Positions 22,051-35,930 of a DNA stretch of 64,000 bases are shown here, piece by piece. Positions within the stretch are counted from its first letter, which is position 1; each line of letters begins with the position of its first letter. The DNA is from Chrysomallon squamiferum (Eukaryota > Animalia > Mollusca), in NCBI GenBank assembly GCA_012295275.1, contig CM022665.1, positions 43,028,001 to 43,092,000 on the forward strand, given 5' to 3'. Under the pieces are notes generated by a model, which was not told the DNA's origin, made no database searches, and saw nothing but the letters and a program-made list of their open reading frames with translations. The position numbers were made by a program, and so were the translations under genes.

Positions 22051-25000
22051 CTCCCATTATTTTATCCATCCACTCAAAACAAAAGACAACGTCTATCATA
22101 CAGCATTAATTAAGCCCTCTAATCCAATCAGTGAGTGAAACAATTAACACTCTGCTCAGAAGAAGCAGTTGAGAAGCACGTCTGCACCTGTCACACTGTC
22201 TGTCAAAACAAGGGGGTGTGTCTGTCACAGAATAATCCATGTCAGTCAGCAAGCTTTATCTAAAGTGCAAGTAACAGTAAGCTAAATTAGTTTTAGGCCA
22301 CAGAGATTTTTGTGTTTATCTGACACACAAACAAACGAAGCTCAGCAGCTGGTAGCATCTACAGCCAAACACAAAGTTCAAACTGATTTTTGTAATTTGA
22401 GTATACCGAAGGAAATTCGAACAAATTTTGTTTAAAAAAAAAAAAAAAAATGAAAAATACTATGAGGTATAAGAATATGGAAGAATTTGAAATGTCTTTG
22501 GATTTCAGAGAAAGAAAAGCGGATGACAAACCTGATGATAGGTAAACTGGTTTAGTATCTGTTTGCATTGAAGTCTTTTTGCTTTGGACTTTCCTTTCAA
22601 ACTCTTAGCTATAGACGAGCATGTGAATCTGTCTTTCTGTCAGTAAGCATATATAATATTATGTTGAAAATGTAACTCATAACATATACCTTCTTTTTAT
22701 TACATCTGAACATTTGATAATTCTAATGTGTGTAACTTGTGTAAAACAGATCTATCTAACACAGTATGGTTAACTAACATTACATATGTACATGTATATG
22801 CATATATATATATATACATGGCTGTAACAGCATTGAGGCAAATGAGTTAAATGCCTCAAATGGAAATAAGATGGGTTTTTTTTTTTTTTTTTTTTTAACA
22901 AAGATTTTGTTTAAAAAATGATGTTCACTGAATGAATGTGTTTATGTGTACAGTTACTGTTTCAAATCTACCAACATGGTTGCAATGAAAGACATAACTA
23001 ATTTCAAAGACATCAGACATCAAACAGGTTTATCGAACACCTTATGAATCAAAAAAATTCAGATGTGTGTGTGTGTGTGTGTGTGTGTACCAAAGGGATT
23101 TATTTTTGTTTTGTGATGTTGGGATGAATCAGTGAGATGTTTTCTTCATCTTTGCTTTTTAATTTGAGTCAAAATATCAGATTTAAAATAAAGAGCAATA
23201 AAAACTGAACGTAACATAAGCCAAATCTTCGCTTGTGTCTTTGCTTTTAATTTGAGAAATATCAGCTAGTAAATCGGCTTAGTGTATCTCTCATTATTCC
23301 ATTCTGCTTCTGCTGTGATGTCTCACAATGTTCTGTCTTGCTTTGTTTTTAAAATGCAGATGTCTTGTACACAGGAAATTTAAGCTGATGCTTAATTAGC
23401 GCTAACACAGGTAATGTTATGCGTACTGGTTTGTGTATTCTGATGTACTTTGTACCCTTTGTCTTAAAGCAATTAAAGAAATAATGCTTTTTCTACTTTG
23501 GCCTAGTTACTTTTGCTTGTCAGCTGTTCATACTTTTAGATACTTTTGGTATTTCTGTGCTAAAATATTATTTATGTATATATATATAATAGAATTAAAA
23601 AAGTCAATAAATAAAATAATATTTAAATCTTGTAAATGTATCCAAGAGAATAATAATAATAAAAATAAATCAATTAATAAACTTTTTTAAAAAAAAAAAA
23701 AAAAAAAAAAGAAATAAAGAAATAAATTAAAGAAATAAAAGAATTATAAAAATAAACAAATACATACATATATAAAAATATATACATGATTTAAGGAGAG
23801 TATCTTGTTTATAAAATATCAGTTTTTAAAAATATTTTAAAATGACAAAGTGATTACTTTTACTTCATTTTATTATGTTCTAAATACATCAAGAAAGCAA
23901 CAATCATTTATTCATTTTTCTCTCTCTCTCCACATTATTTAAAAAAAAAAAAAAAATCAGTGTTTTTAGTTTTTATTTTGATTGTCCTGTATTTAATTGT
24001 TTCTGATATTTCTGATATTTTGATGTTATTTTTAGTTTTCAGCTTGAAAAATTTTAAATTATTTTAATACACAGATAGACAGAAAGGTATAGATGTTAAA
24101 TTATTACTGTTGTTTTAAACTTTTCTTGCAGATTTTATGGAGTGTACTTTATATTCATGTTTCTAGGGATGGCATCATTGTTACCATGGAACTTCTTCAT
24201 CACAGCAAAATCTGTAAGTGAAACAACATCTGTTACACATACAGCTGTGTTTTATCAACTGTATTTAGATGAAATAAAGTGTAATTATCTTCCATGAATT
24301 AGTGCATATTTTATATGTACAGAAGGAACAATTGCCTAATAGACCGTAAATTTCATACATACTAATCACTAAACAGGAGTTATTTATGTAGCAAATACAG
24401 GCTATAATATAGGTAGACTGTAATAGAACTCACTACTAAAAACTCACAGTAGGCTATAATATAGGTAGACTGTAACAGAACTCACTACTAAAAACTCACA
24501 GTAGGCTATAATATAGACTCTAATAGAACTCACAGTAGGCTATAATATACTCTAATAGAACTCACAGTAGGCTATAAATAGGTAGGTAACAGAAGTCTAT
24601 AAAAAACAGAAATGACCAGTAAAAACTCACAGTAGGCTATATGTGTAGACTGTAAGAGAACTCACTAGTAAAAACTCATAGTAGGCTATAATATAGGTAG
24701 ACTGTAATAGAACTCACTAGTAAAAACTCACAGTGGGCTATAATATAAGTAAACTGTAACAGAACTTACTAGTAAAATTAATAATAATATAGCCTTTATT
24801 TTTTATTTTTATTTTATTTTTTTTATTTTAACATGTTAAATTAAAACTGACTGACTAATACATTTGTATTAATTTCAAATTGTATTTACTGACTGGATGT
24901 ATACATTACAGTATTTCCAGTTCAAATTAAGGAACACATCAGTACCTGATGATCAATACAATAACCCAGACACAGAAACAGAACTCCAGATTCTCTTCGA

Positions 25001-28000
25001 GAGTTACCTCGCCACCAGCTCCACAGTCACAAATTTGATCTGTGTATTTTTAACTGCTTTGTTTGTAAGAAAGTGAGTGCTATTTATTTATTTACTTACT
25101 TAATTACTTACTTACTCGTTTATTTATTTATCTGTTGATTAAAATATTTGTTTATTTATTTATTTACTTCTTTGTTCATTGTATTTAGTTTGTTTTTCTT
25201 TGTTTTGTTATTTTTGTTTTTATAATATTTAGGTGGACTGTTGGTTACAATATTCTTGATTAAGAACCAACATAATCCATTTATCTTGTAACTGCAAGAA
25301 ATTGAATATATAATTTTTTATGGTTATATTAACTAAAATATGTGATAACAATATGACATGAATTTTAAGACATATGATTTAGATATATGATATGAAACAC
25401 TATGATATGAAATTTTTTTATTTTATGGCTAATTGCTTGTCACTTTTATTTTTTATTTTTTAGAATCTCACTGAAAGTTCGAATGGTGTTTTCCCTAGTA
25501 TTTATTGCTGTTTTATTTGCAGTAACTTCTGCACTTGTCAAAATTGATTCAGACAAGTGTAAGTTTTCATTTTGAAATTTACATTATTAACTCTGATTAC
25601 TATAAGTTAATATATTGTTCTTAGTAATTGTGTTACTTAAATCTGTGTTAATAATTAGTTTTATTTTTAGTAAATTATTAAAAAAAAGTAAATTTTGATT
25701 ACATTATATGTGTATATTTGTAAATACACCTGCAAGCAAACACACACACATTTGCATTATATTAATTTATAAGAAATAATTTTCACAGAATGTTATTATA
25801 GCTCTTCAGATAAATATTATATAAAACAGAAATTTTATTAACATCCTGTAAATCTGTAAATATGCTATTTATACAGTTGCACAAAAATGTTATTTCTCTT
25901 TCTGTTTTTATATTTATAATTTATTTTTTCATTTATTTATTTTTTATTTTTTTTCAGGGCAGAAAATCTTTTTTATTGTAACCATTGTTTCTGCAGCTTT
26001 AATAAATGGTATGTATTAGAATATAGCTTTTCCTGATCTAACCAGTGTCCCACAAATGGTATATAGAAGGCCATTGTATTTGTTTTTCCAATTAGGAAGA
26101 TGCTTACAGAGAATAATTTGATGCTATTGCATTAGAACCCACCAAAACCAACCAAATATTGAATTTTATTAAATTAATTTGTCCAGACTTCATATTTCTC
26201 AAGTTATTGAATTTATTATCAAATGTTTACAGAAATAAATCAGATTTTATTTATAATTTTAGTATTATTTTCACCTCATTAAATATTAAATATGACAAAC
26301 ACTCTGTCTATTTCAGGTGGCACGGCTATTTTAACAGGTTCTATATTTGGATTTTCTTGTCGCTTTCCTATGGCCTATACCCAAGCAAGCATGACAGGAC
26401 AGGCATGTAGACATTTTTTATTTTTTATTTAATATAAATTTAATATGTTTAACAACAACAAAAACTATATTTATTAATACTTTTCTGTTGTAGTTAATTT
26501 ATTGCTGGTAAAATACATACATTGCAGTTCTGAATAATAATCTCATAAATATATAAAACCGCACCTTTAGTTATCATAAAATTTACACAGAAGAAAAAAA
26601 AAGGGTTTATTTAAAGTGGTGCATCATAATATGGAGGTGACATTTTTCTCAGTGATATTGAAAGTATGTATCTATAGTTTTGTTAGACTTTAATATACAT
26701 AAAATGTTGATATTGCTTCACAGTACATCATCAGAGATAGACTTAATAAAAGTCCATTTTAATAAGGAAAAATAGACTGCAGATCAAGAGCTTTACTTTT
26801 TACCAAATATATTAAAGCTAAATTGCATATTTGTTAAGTAAAAAGAATAATAATAATGAAACTTTTAAAAGTTATTATTTTTGTCTTTATACATTTTTTT
26901 TTTTTTTTTTTTTTATAAAATCAAAAGTAATGTTGTTAAATAAAATCCACCATTAATTTTATGTTTTAGGTTAACCACAGTACTAAAATAATTTAATTTT
27001 AGGCCATAGGAGGAACGTTTGCGGCTGTTGCTGGTATTTTGTCAATAGCAGGTGGCTCGACTGTCATTAACAGTGCTTTTGGGTACTTCCTCACTGCCAC
27101 TGTCATCAGTGTCATGAGTGTATTTGCTTATGTGCTCTTGTATTATTTGGTAAGTTGTCACATTTGTGACATACTCTGCAGTACTTTATAATTATTTTTG
27201 GTTAGAAGTTTAGTCGTAAGCAACAAACAAATTTCACAATATACTTCAGTAATTATGCTGTGTTTTGTTTGTGTTCAAATATACTGATGCAAAAACAAAT
27301 ACAGTTTGTTGATAACACAGATTTTGTGTCTTTTATTATATATATATGTATATATTTATATTTTCTTCAAAATGTATTAGGTAATTAAGCACACTAATAT
27401 CACAGATTTTGTCTTTTATTTTATATTGATGAATGTATTTCTGTGTGTGGGTGTGTTTATATATATATTAATATTATTATTTGTTTTATTATAAAAATAT
27501 TTTTATCTCAAAATGTATTGGGTAATTAAACACATTCATACACTAGCTTTTTTTATCATCACTGTATTACCCGTTTGTTTGATAGGTTATTTCATTCATT
27601 TATTTTCATTGACATCTTACAAATAACAGAATTTATTTTGTTTTATTTTAAGAATATCAAGATAATTCAGTTGTTTTATTTTTATTTTCTCTTTCAGCCA
27701 TATTCAAAATATCATATGTCTGATGAAAGTAAGAACTTTTTCTCAAATTTGATCTATTGCTTTAGACATAAACTCAAATATGATAAATATTTTAGTGTTT
27801 GCAATACTTTTTTGAGAATACTGTTATTATTTTTTAATCTTAAATCTTTTTATTTTTTTTAAAAGAAAAGAATCTAAGAAAAAAAAATTGCCTTTTAGCA
27901 TTGAAAACAGAACTTAAAAGGTTCATATGAAAAAAAGAAGGAAAATTTTTGGTTATTAATTTTATTATTATATTCTCTCAGCAGTTTAGTATATTAGAGG

Positions 28001-31000
28001 AAAAAACATATCTAAATAAACATTTTCAAAAAAGAAGGAGCGAAAAGACATAACAAATACTTGGCATGAATATTTTTAATGATCCTTCAGTTTCCAATGC
28101 TATCTGCATCAAATCTATCCCAATATTTATACCTAACAGAATGATAATTATTGTTTTGTATCTTGACTTTATTTATCTTTCTTTTCAGTTTCTGATATAA
28201 AAGCTTTGAATGAAAATGAAGACATACCATTACCAGTTCAGGGAAATCGTGAATTTTATGGAGAAATTATTAACCGAGTAAATATATATTTAAAATTCTT
28301 CTTGTCTGCTGTCTATCTGTCTGTCTGTTTCTTTGGGTTTTTTTTTTTTTATTCTGTCTGCTTGTCCTCTTTTCTATCTTTCTGATAATCCATCTGCCTG
28401 TCTATCTGTTTCTATCTATCTGTCTGTACATCTCTCTGCCTGTTTGCTGATCTCTCTCTTTTTTCAGTAAAAACTTAGTCTGTTTATCATGATATATTGG
28501 TCTTGTGCTTTTATGATACCCTTTTTAGATTTATTGTCTTTCAAAATTTTTACTATGAAATTTATTGTTGATATGGAAACAAGTTTTTACTGTGTGTCTT
28601 ACTTTGGAATTTGTTGTGGATTTGGAAACAAGTTTTTAATGTGTGTATTACTTTGAAATTTATTGTAGATATCAAAACAAGTTTTTACTGTGTGTATTAC
28701 TTAGAAATTTATTGTAGATTTCGAAACGAGTTTTTACTGTTATTTTCAAAATTATTGTAGATCTGGAAACAAGTTTTTACTGTTACCATGAAATGTATTG
28801 TAGATCTTGAAACAAAATTTTGAAAATTATTGTAGATCTGGAAACAAGTTTTTACTGTTACTTTGAAATGTATTGTAGATCTTGAAACAAGTTTTTACTG
28901 TTACTTTGAAATGTATTGTAGATCTTGAAACAAGTTTTTACTGTTACTTTGAAAATTATTGTAGATCTGGAAACAAGTTTTTACTGTTACTTTGAAATGT
29001 ATTGTAGATCTGGAAACAAGTTTTTACTGTTACTTTGAAATGTATTGTAGATCTGGAAACAAGGAGTAAGTGTTTGTTTGGTTTTTACTGTTACACTGGC
29101 AGTGTTTCCTGCAGTGTGCGCTGCTGTACGTTCTGTGTCTTACGTCAAAGGCGATAACTGGACAGGTGAGTTTGGCTAGTTAAAACAAGAAAGGTGAGGA
29201 TTTAACAGTATAAATATTAGAAAAATAATTTAATAATAATAATAGTATGATGATGATGATGGTGTTAATGATAATTGATTATTATGATGATGACAAATAA
29301 TTTAATAGCTACTGTGCAAAAGTCAAATTAAAATCAATTATTTCGCAAAATTTAAAAAAAAAAACACAATGCAGAATTGATATGTTAATAAAAATGAGTA
29401 TAAAATCTTCAAACAAAAGTTCTTTTTTTTAAATATGCAATAAATATGATTGTTTATATAAAGAAACAAAATATTGTACTAAATAAAAACAAAATAAAAA
29501 ATAAATCTTTTTTGTTATTTATTTTTTATTTTTTTATTTATTATTATTTAATTTTTATTACTATTTTATTATGATGAACTAACAATATATGTGAAAAAAA
29601 TTTCTTAAATAACCAAAAAATAACAAAAATAATATTTGTTAAGCAAAGTACAACATAAAATTCAGTTATTTGTAAATCTTACAAAATATAATAAAATGGT
29701 CCTTTTTGGGTTTTTTTTTTGTTAATACTTCCGATCTAACTGTTTGTTATTTTTATATTTCAGATAAATATTTTACATCAGTTATATGTTTTCTCTTATT
29801 TAATATCGGGGACTGGCTTGGAAGAACTGCCACAACCTGGATTAGATTTGTAAGAATAATCTTTAACATAGATTAAAAATCTTGGCATGTATATACACTC
29901 AAAGAAAAAACTTTTTTTTTTTTTTTTTTTTGGTAACAAATTATCATATGCCAACTGTTTCTGTATTGTTTCAATAACTGTTCATTCAGTCTACAGCCAT
30001 AATTATGAGACATTATCTTTTTATTATATATTTAAAAAAAAAATTTTTTATGGATAATCTGGTTTATAAACATTTCAGTAGAAATGCATTACAATAATTT
30101 TTACTTAAATAAGCTGAAAGAATTAGGAAATTTATGATAAAAAAATTAGGAAAAGATCTTGCTTCTAATCAGCTAGAACTTTCATTATTATTATTCTTTT
30201 CTTCTTTTTTTTTGACAATTTCATATCAGTTATATTAATATCACTTAGGGTTTTCCAAATTATCAGAAAATTTGTGATTTTTTAATATAAAAAATATTTG
30301 CGTTTAAATATTTAGATTTTTTTTTTATCAGCATTTTCTAACACTTGTTTTTTCTGGGGTTTTTTTTTATCTGAACACTATTAGATTTTAAAAAATTTGT
30401 TTCAACATTTTTTTTTTATCCAAACACTATTAGATTTTAAAAAATTTGTTTCAACATTATATTATTTGTTTTCACAAGTATATATTTACCTCGGATGACT
30501 TTTAGTCTTTTTGTTTTATCATTAAACTATTAGATTTTAAAAAAATTTGTTAACCCTGTGCTGTAACATAACTGTATTAGATTTTTAAGATTTTTTTATT
30601 GAATTTATATTATTTATTTTGTATTATTATAGTATATATTAACCTGGGCGACTTTTTTTCTTCTTTTTTTTCTAATCATAAACCTATATTAAATTTCTTA
30701 ATAATTGTATCAATGTTATAATATTCTTTATTTTATATTATTTTTTAATTTTTTTTAATTTTTATCTAACACATACATGTTTATCTGGGTTTTTCAAATA
30801 ATTTTTTTTTTAATATCAGCATGTATTTATTTTTTTTTTTTTTTTTTTTTTAAATTTCAGCCAAACGACAGACATTCTTCCATCATGTTGCTGCTGTGTG
30901 TTCTTCGCGTTGTCTTGATACCTCTAATCATGTTTTGTAATGCTGTTCCCAGACATCACCTACCAGTCATATTCTCACACGATGCAATACCTATAACTTT

Positions 31001-32030
31001 TATCTTACTCCTTGGCTTGACTAATGGATATTTAGGAACAAGAGTAATGATGTATGCTCCACAGTAAGTGAAACAAAAATTCCAATAATATACGAATAAT
31101 CAAGAAATTAACTCTTTAAGTGAATTTAGAACAATATTAAATGAAATAAGTTGTTCAGGAATTGGTCTGGGAAAATTCTTTAACATAACAGCTGCCATAA
31201 ATACTGCTAGACTAGTGCAGTGTTTAGGCTGTGAATGTATATCATGCAGTATTTTGGTATAAAAAGAAAAAAGAAAATGAAGCTGAAATTGTTACTGAGA
31301 TGAAAAAATAAACAATGCATTGACTGCAATACTCATAGGAAAAGAAATCCATGCTACACACATACATACACACAAACACATAACATCACTCTACAAGTAT
31401 ATATAATGTACTTACTAAAATATTTTTTTTATTTTCACTGACTCATCTGAAAACAGACTTCACTTACATACAAATAAATGTTCAATCCCTCAGTTACTTT
31501 TATATGATATATCTTATCACAAGTACCATACCAGTACATGTTAATTAAGTATTTTTGTTGTCTGTTTTTATTTCACAACTATTATATAGACATGTGTGTA
31601 TATATATATAAATTAGGTCTCAGTAAGAAAGTGTAAAATTTCAGAATAATTAATAGTTAAACTTAAATAAAATCACTGAATAATTGTTAATTAAATTTGA
31701 ATACAATCACTGAAAAATTATTAATTGAATTTAAATAAAGTTACTGAATAATTATGCATTAACACTGAATAAAATCACTGAACTATAGTTTGAATACAAT
31801 CACTGAAATTATTAATTGAATTAAATAAAGTTACTGAATAATTATTCATTAAAACTGAACAAAATCACTGAACTATAGTTCTTTATCTTATTTCATTATT
31901 TTCTTTTGTTTGTTTCAGACGAGTAACATTTCTACAAGCGGAAGCAGCTGGTGTCATAATGGCTTTCATGTTGACTCTGGGATTAGCCCTAGGCTCAGGT
32001 TTATCCTTCTTGTTATTCAAACTGCTGTGA
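19972..32030 (+). CDS. equilibrative nucleoside transporter (SLC29 family, ENT3-like N-terminus), 13 coding exons, ~458 aa
   Basis: Exons 19972-20090, 24132-24213, 24912-25072, 25464-25558, 25958-26008, 26317-26402, 27003-27149, 27698-27728, 28189-28277, 29051-29165, 29764-29849, 30861-31063, 31919-32030. ENT signatures PDRFYGVYFIFMFLGMASLLPWNFFITA, YTQASMTGQAIGG, FTVTLAVFP, LLFNIGDWLGR, GLTNGYL, EAAGVIM. All phases are consistent. Confidence 0.93.
21084..21393. mobile_element. ~310-bp MITE with terminal inverted repeats and a 5-bp target duplication
   Basis: TIRs CATGGTTGTAACTA / TAGTTACAGCCATG, with GTTAC directly flanking both ends. Related copies at 22817-23035 and ~44250-44395. Confidence 0.75.
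22450..22541 (+). CDS. alternative first coding exon of the ENT gene
   Basis: ATG-initiated MKNTMRYKNMEEFEMSLDFRERKADDKPDD(R) ending AG|GTAAAC. It has the same phase (2) as the main first exon (..HVPD(R)) and completes the same Pro..Asp-Arg motif before TM1. Confidence 0.7.
22817..23035 (+). mobile_element. truncated copy of the 21084-21393 MITE
   Basis: CATGGCTGTAAC..TGAGGCAAATGAG..TTCAAAGACATCAGACATCAAACAGGTTTA matches the first copy; the right TIR is missing. Confidence 0.7.
24398..24778. repeat. ~52-bp tandem repeat in an ENT intron
   Basis: AGTAGGCTATAATATAGGTAGACTGTAATAGAACTCACTACTAAAAACTCAC repeated, with some shortened units. Confidence 0.9.
26035..26125 (+). mobile_element. degenerate SINE-core fragment
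   Basis: CCAGTGTCCCACAAATGGTATATAGAAGGCCATTGTAT resembles a SINE core I recall from gastropod genomes (not searched). A similar reverse fragment lies near 42095-42145. Confidence 0.35.
28545..29063 (+). repeat. 43-bp tandem repeat overlapping an ENT 3' splice site
   Basis: Unit GTTTTTACTGTTACTTTGAAATGTATTGTAGATCTGGAAACAA (starts at 28891, 28934, 28977), ~12 copies. The last copy supplies the real acceptor at 29050/29051. Confidence 0.9.
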
Positions 32031-33929
32031 TGCAAGCCATTTCCTCATTACCGAACAATCATAAAACCATGTGTGTGTGTTTTTTAAAACAATGGTGACA
32101 CACAGTGAACACCAGCTTATTCAATAACCAGTTGTCTTCAAAGACGTGCACTTTGTGCAGTATTTTTTTTAATATGTGGTATATTAGTGTAATCTCTGTT
32201 GATGTTTGATATTATTGGCAATTCAGACAAAACGGCTGTGTACAGATGACTGAAATTATAAATTATTTCTGTATATTTTGCCTGAGTGAGAGTACTTATA
32301 TATATTTTTATAAAAGCAAACAAATTTTTTTTTAGTTTTTATATAATATTTGTATGTAGTTCTTAAATTTAGATATAATTAAGTAGTAACTAGATTTACA
32401 TTTGTACACTGCGTTCAGTAATTCCTCCTTTTATTTGTTGAGAGAGTTGTTGAATGTAATGTGCAAAAACGGACAGAAACAAATAAATTATTCAGTTGTA
32501 AAAAACAAAATGTTTTGTGATATATATATATTTTTTTATTCTTCATGGTATTTAGAGCAGGAATATCATTAGATATTTATTTTAAAAAAAATGTCTAGCC
32601 TATCATAACTTTGAGAACTCACCCAACCAGGATGTAAACTGAAGGAGCCAAGTCACAAATAATTTTAAATTTTTAAAACAGTGCCTTCATATATGCATAT
32701 TCAGTTTTTAAAAAAAGTTATTATAATTTCTGCTGATTTACAAAATGTCTAAATCATAAATGCAGACAGGTTCTTCATATTTTCAAGATCAAAGTGCCAA
32801 CAGTGTAACAAATTTCTCTAGTCTTCTGATTAATTATTATTAATGTTATTGTTATTATTATTAATTATTTTTTTAATTTTTTTTTATTATTTTTTTTTTT
32901 TGTGTGACATAGTTGGTGTAACTGTACTACTATTATTATAGCTGGTGTAATGCAGGATTTAACCAGGCTGAAACACAAATCCTAAGTCACATTAAGAACA
33001 CAGGATAAACATTTTTTTTATGTAAATCCAGATTTATTAATTACAGAACAATACTGTTAAATAGGTTTATCACAGTCCACAACAATAAATAATAAAAACT
33101 TAATTAGCTAACAAAGTTTGAAATAGTAAACATTGTACAGATCAAAATGTGTACAATATGTTCATCCATCTAAAAAAAAAATAATAATCTTTTTTTTTTT
33201 TTTTTTTTATAAACTGACTATAATATCTGGTCCTGTATATTTGTTTAGGTCAGGTTTATGAATAATTTTGAATTATTGTCAGTTGTATATATAAAATATA
33301 TCAGTTTAAAGAAACATTTTATTGGTTTGAACTGTCTCACATTAGATCATCTTTAAAATTTATTGGTGAACTACAGATGTCAACCGTCATTTAAATGTCA
33401 AAATAAAATCTAATTTTAATTTATTTCACATTTATAATTATTTTGAGATTGATGTTATCTTCTGATATATATTATAAATTTTAAAAAAAATTTAAAAATT
33501 AAAAATTTAGTCTATAATTATCAATAACAAGAAAAACAAATGAAACTGCATTTTAATTTTTAATTCCCCCACTGTTTTTCATTTCAGTAATACATAGGAT
33601 CTAAAAATAAAAATCTGCATTCTGCATCTAACAATATATTTGCATATATTTTTTGGTTTTATATTCTCAAGCAGTAGAAAATGTAATAAAGACTTCATTC
33701 TTTATCTCACAAAGCCTTTTAAACATTTCTTTTTCACTTTACTATATCACAGATCAATACAAAATAGCTGCATGGGTTTCATGACAGAATATTAACAAGT
33801 TTCACATCCTTCCAAGAGATAATTGTTATTTGTTTTCTTAATACTTATCTGAACTGATACTGAAAGAGACAAGCCACATACATTTAGTATCACAATACTG
33901 ATGTTACAAAAACATGGGAAAGAAAGATA

Positions 33930-34165
33930 TAATGGCAGTCCTAATGAATTACCATGATCAATTTGCTAAAATAGTGTCATTCTTTATATTTAGCAAAGAT
34001 TTCACTCCAGTTCTAATAAAATGGCAGCCATGATGAACTACTATGGTCAACTTGCCAAATTACTGACATACTTTATAATTAGCAAAGATTTAACTCCAGT
34101 TCTAATAAAATGACAGCCATCATGAACTGCCATGGTCATCTCTCCAAATTACTGACATACTTAAT
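33930..34165. repeat. ~90-bp tandem repeat (~2.5 units) downstream of the BBOF1 stop
   Basis: AATGGCAGCC..CAAAGATT..CTCCAGTTCTAATAAA recurs at ~33931, ~34020 and ~34110. Confidence 0.7.
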
Positions 34166-34286
34166 ACTTAACAAAGATTCGACAGAAGTACTGTCATAAA
34201 ACAATAAAAAGGGAAGAATGTAAAATGTATTCAAGCAATATGTTCACATTAATAAACAAATCCAACAGTGTCGCAGGTTTTTCCAA

Positions 34287-35866
34287 CTATGATGCTAACT
34301 GTCCCTCCATGCTGGGTTGAGGAGCAATGTTTGGAACAACAGGGCGTCGGCTGAATTCATCTGAAACCTGAGACTGAGTCAGAAATGTTCGGTCTTCTTG
34401 ATTCCTGAAATTGTTAAAGTGAGAAGTTTCAGTTTATTCCATCATGAAATAAAACAAGAAAAAAAAGATGAAATATAGATTTCCTCTTGAAACACTCAAC
34501 TAAAATGTTAATATGAAAGCATTAAAAAAAAAAGATCATCCTAATTTTCTGTTACCTATTTTGTAGTAAATTTGCTTGTAAATTTTATTTTAATATCTTT
34601 TGAATTTTGTTATTTTAATTTTAATTTTAATTTCACAGTTCAGAAATAACAGCAATAGCATTTCACTATTTCATCCCATGGAGAAATTCAAAATTCTTAA
34701 TATTGGTAAAACATTTACATAAAATCTGTCATTCTTATAATTATTAATAACCAACACCTTCATAATGTAAAAAACCTATAACACACTGACATTGTTTTTT
34801 CAAAGAATTAATCATAAGGCCTGCTATTGTAGATAAATATAAACTGCTATTTTCTGAAGACTTATTCTTTTTCTCTTTTTTATTTACAATACATTCTCAC
34901 TGATTTTTCTAAAAACATTTTATAAAAAGAATTACAAGGATGGTTTTAACATAACTGGCGTGATTTGCTTATAATTTATGTCCACATCTGTTTATCTTAT
35001 TAGTGGTCATAAAAATTAAGAAATACATTAATCAAATTTCTGTTTTGATATGCATACAGACTTCAACCTTTTAATGTTTAAATCTGCACATCTGGCTATT
35101 TCCTATTCTAGACACTGCCCAAGATATGTGCATCCACATACAGCACATACCATGATATTTCATCATATACTAGTCGAGACAAACAAGATTACTGACCCAT
35201 TCTAGACAATACCCAAGATATATGCATCCAAGTATGGCACATACCATGATATTTCATCATATACTAGTTGAGACAAACAAGATTACTGACCCATTCTAGA
35301 CAGCTCCCATCATATACTAGAACATGTTTATTGACCCATTCTAGACAGTGCCCAAGATACATGCATCAAACTACAACACACCTGTGATATTTCACAATTT
35401 ACAAGAAAAACAAGTTAAACCAAAATAAACAGCCCGGTTTTGAACATTGCTGAGGACAGATCCCCAGATCCTGCAGACATCAGCCTGCTCTTGCACAACA
35501 CAATAATAATAATTAAACAAACATCTGTTGTCGCCACTTACTCCTCTCCTTGTGTGATGCTGAGACGCCCGTGGGTCTGGTTGCCGGGTGGGGGTTTGGG
35601 CTGCTGGCCTGTGTCTGCCCCATTCATTTTGGCGAAGAGGTATCGCAGAACCCGCTCTTTCTGCTCCCACGTCAGGTCTGAGATGTCCACTTTACCTCCC
35701 ACATTGTACCTGATAAACAGACAAGCATTTTAAATATGGCTTGAAACATGTTTGTTGAATCTGTGCTAAAGTAATTAGGTTAAAATTGAATGGTGATATT
35801 TAATGTGTATGTTGAAAATAGATTTAATTTTCTTAATATGTTTTTTTTTTTTTTTTTTTTTTTTTA

Positions 35867-35930
<64 letters not shown>

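Noticed and set aside
23340-23416. Third alternative ENT first exon ending ACAG|GTAATG
   Set aside because: The required phase contains in-frame stop codons.
35392-35733. Overlapping GC-rich ORFs suggesting an extra gene
   Set aside because: They are alternative frames and the antisense strand of BBOF1 exon 10.
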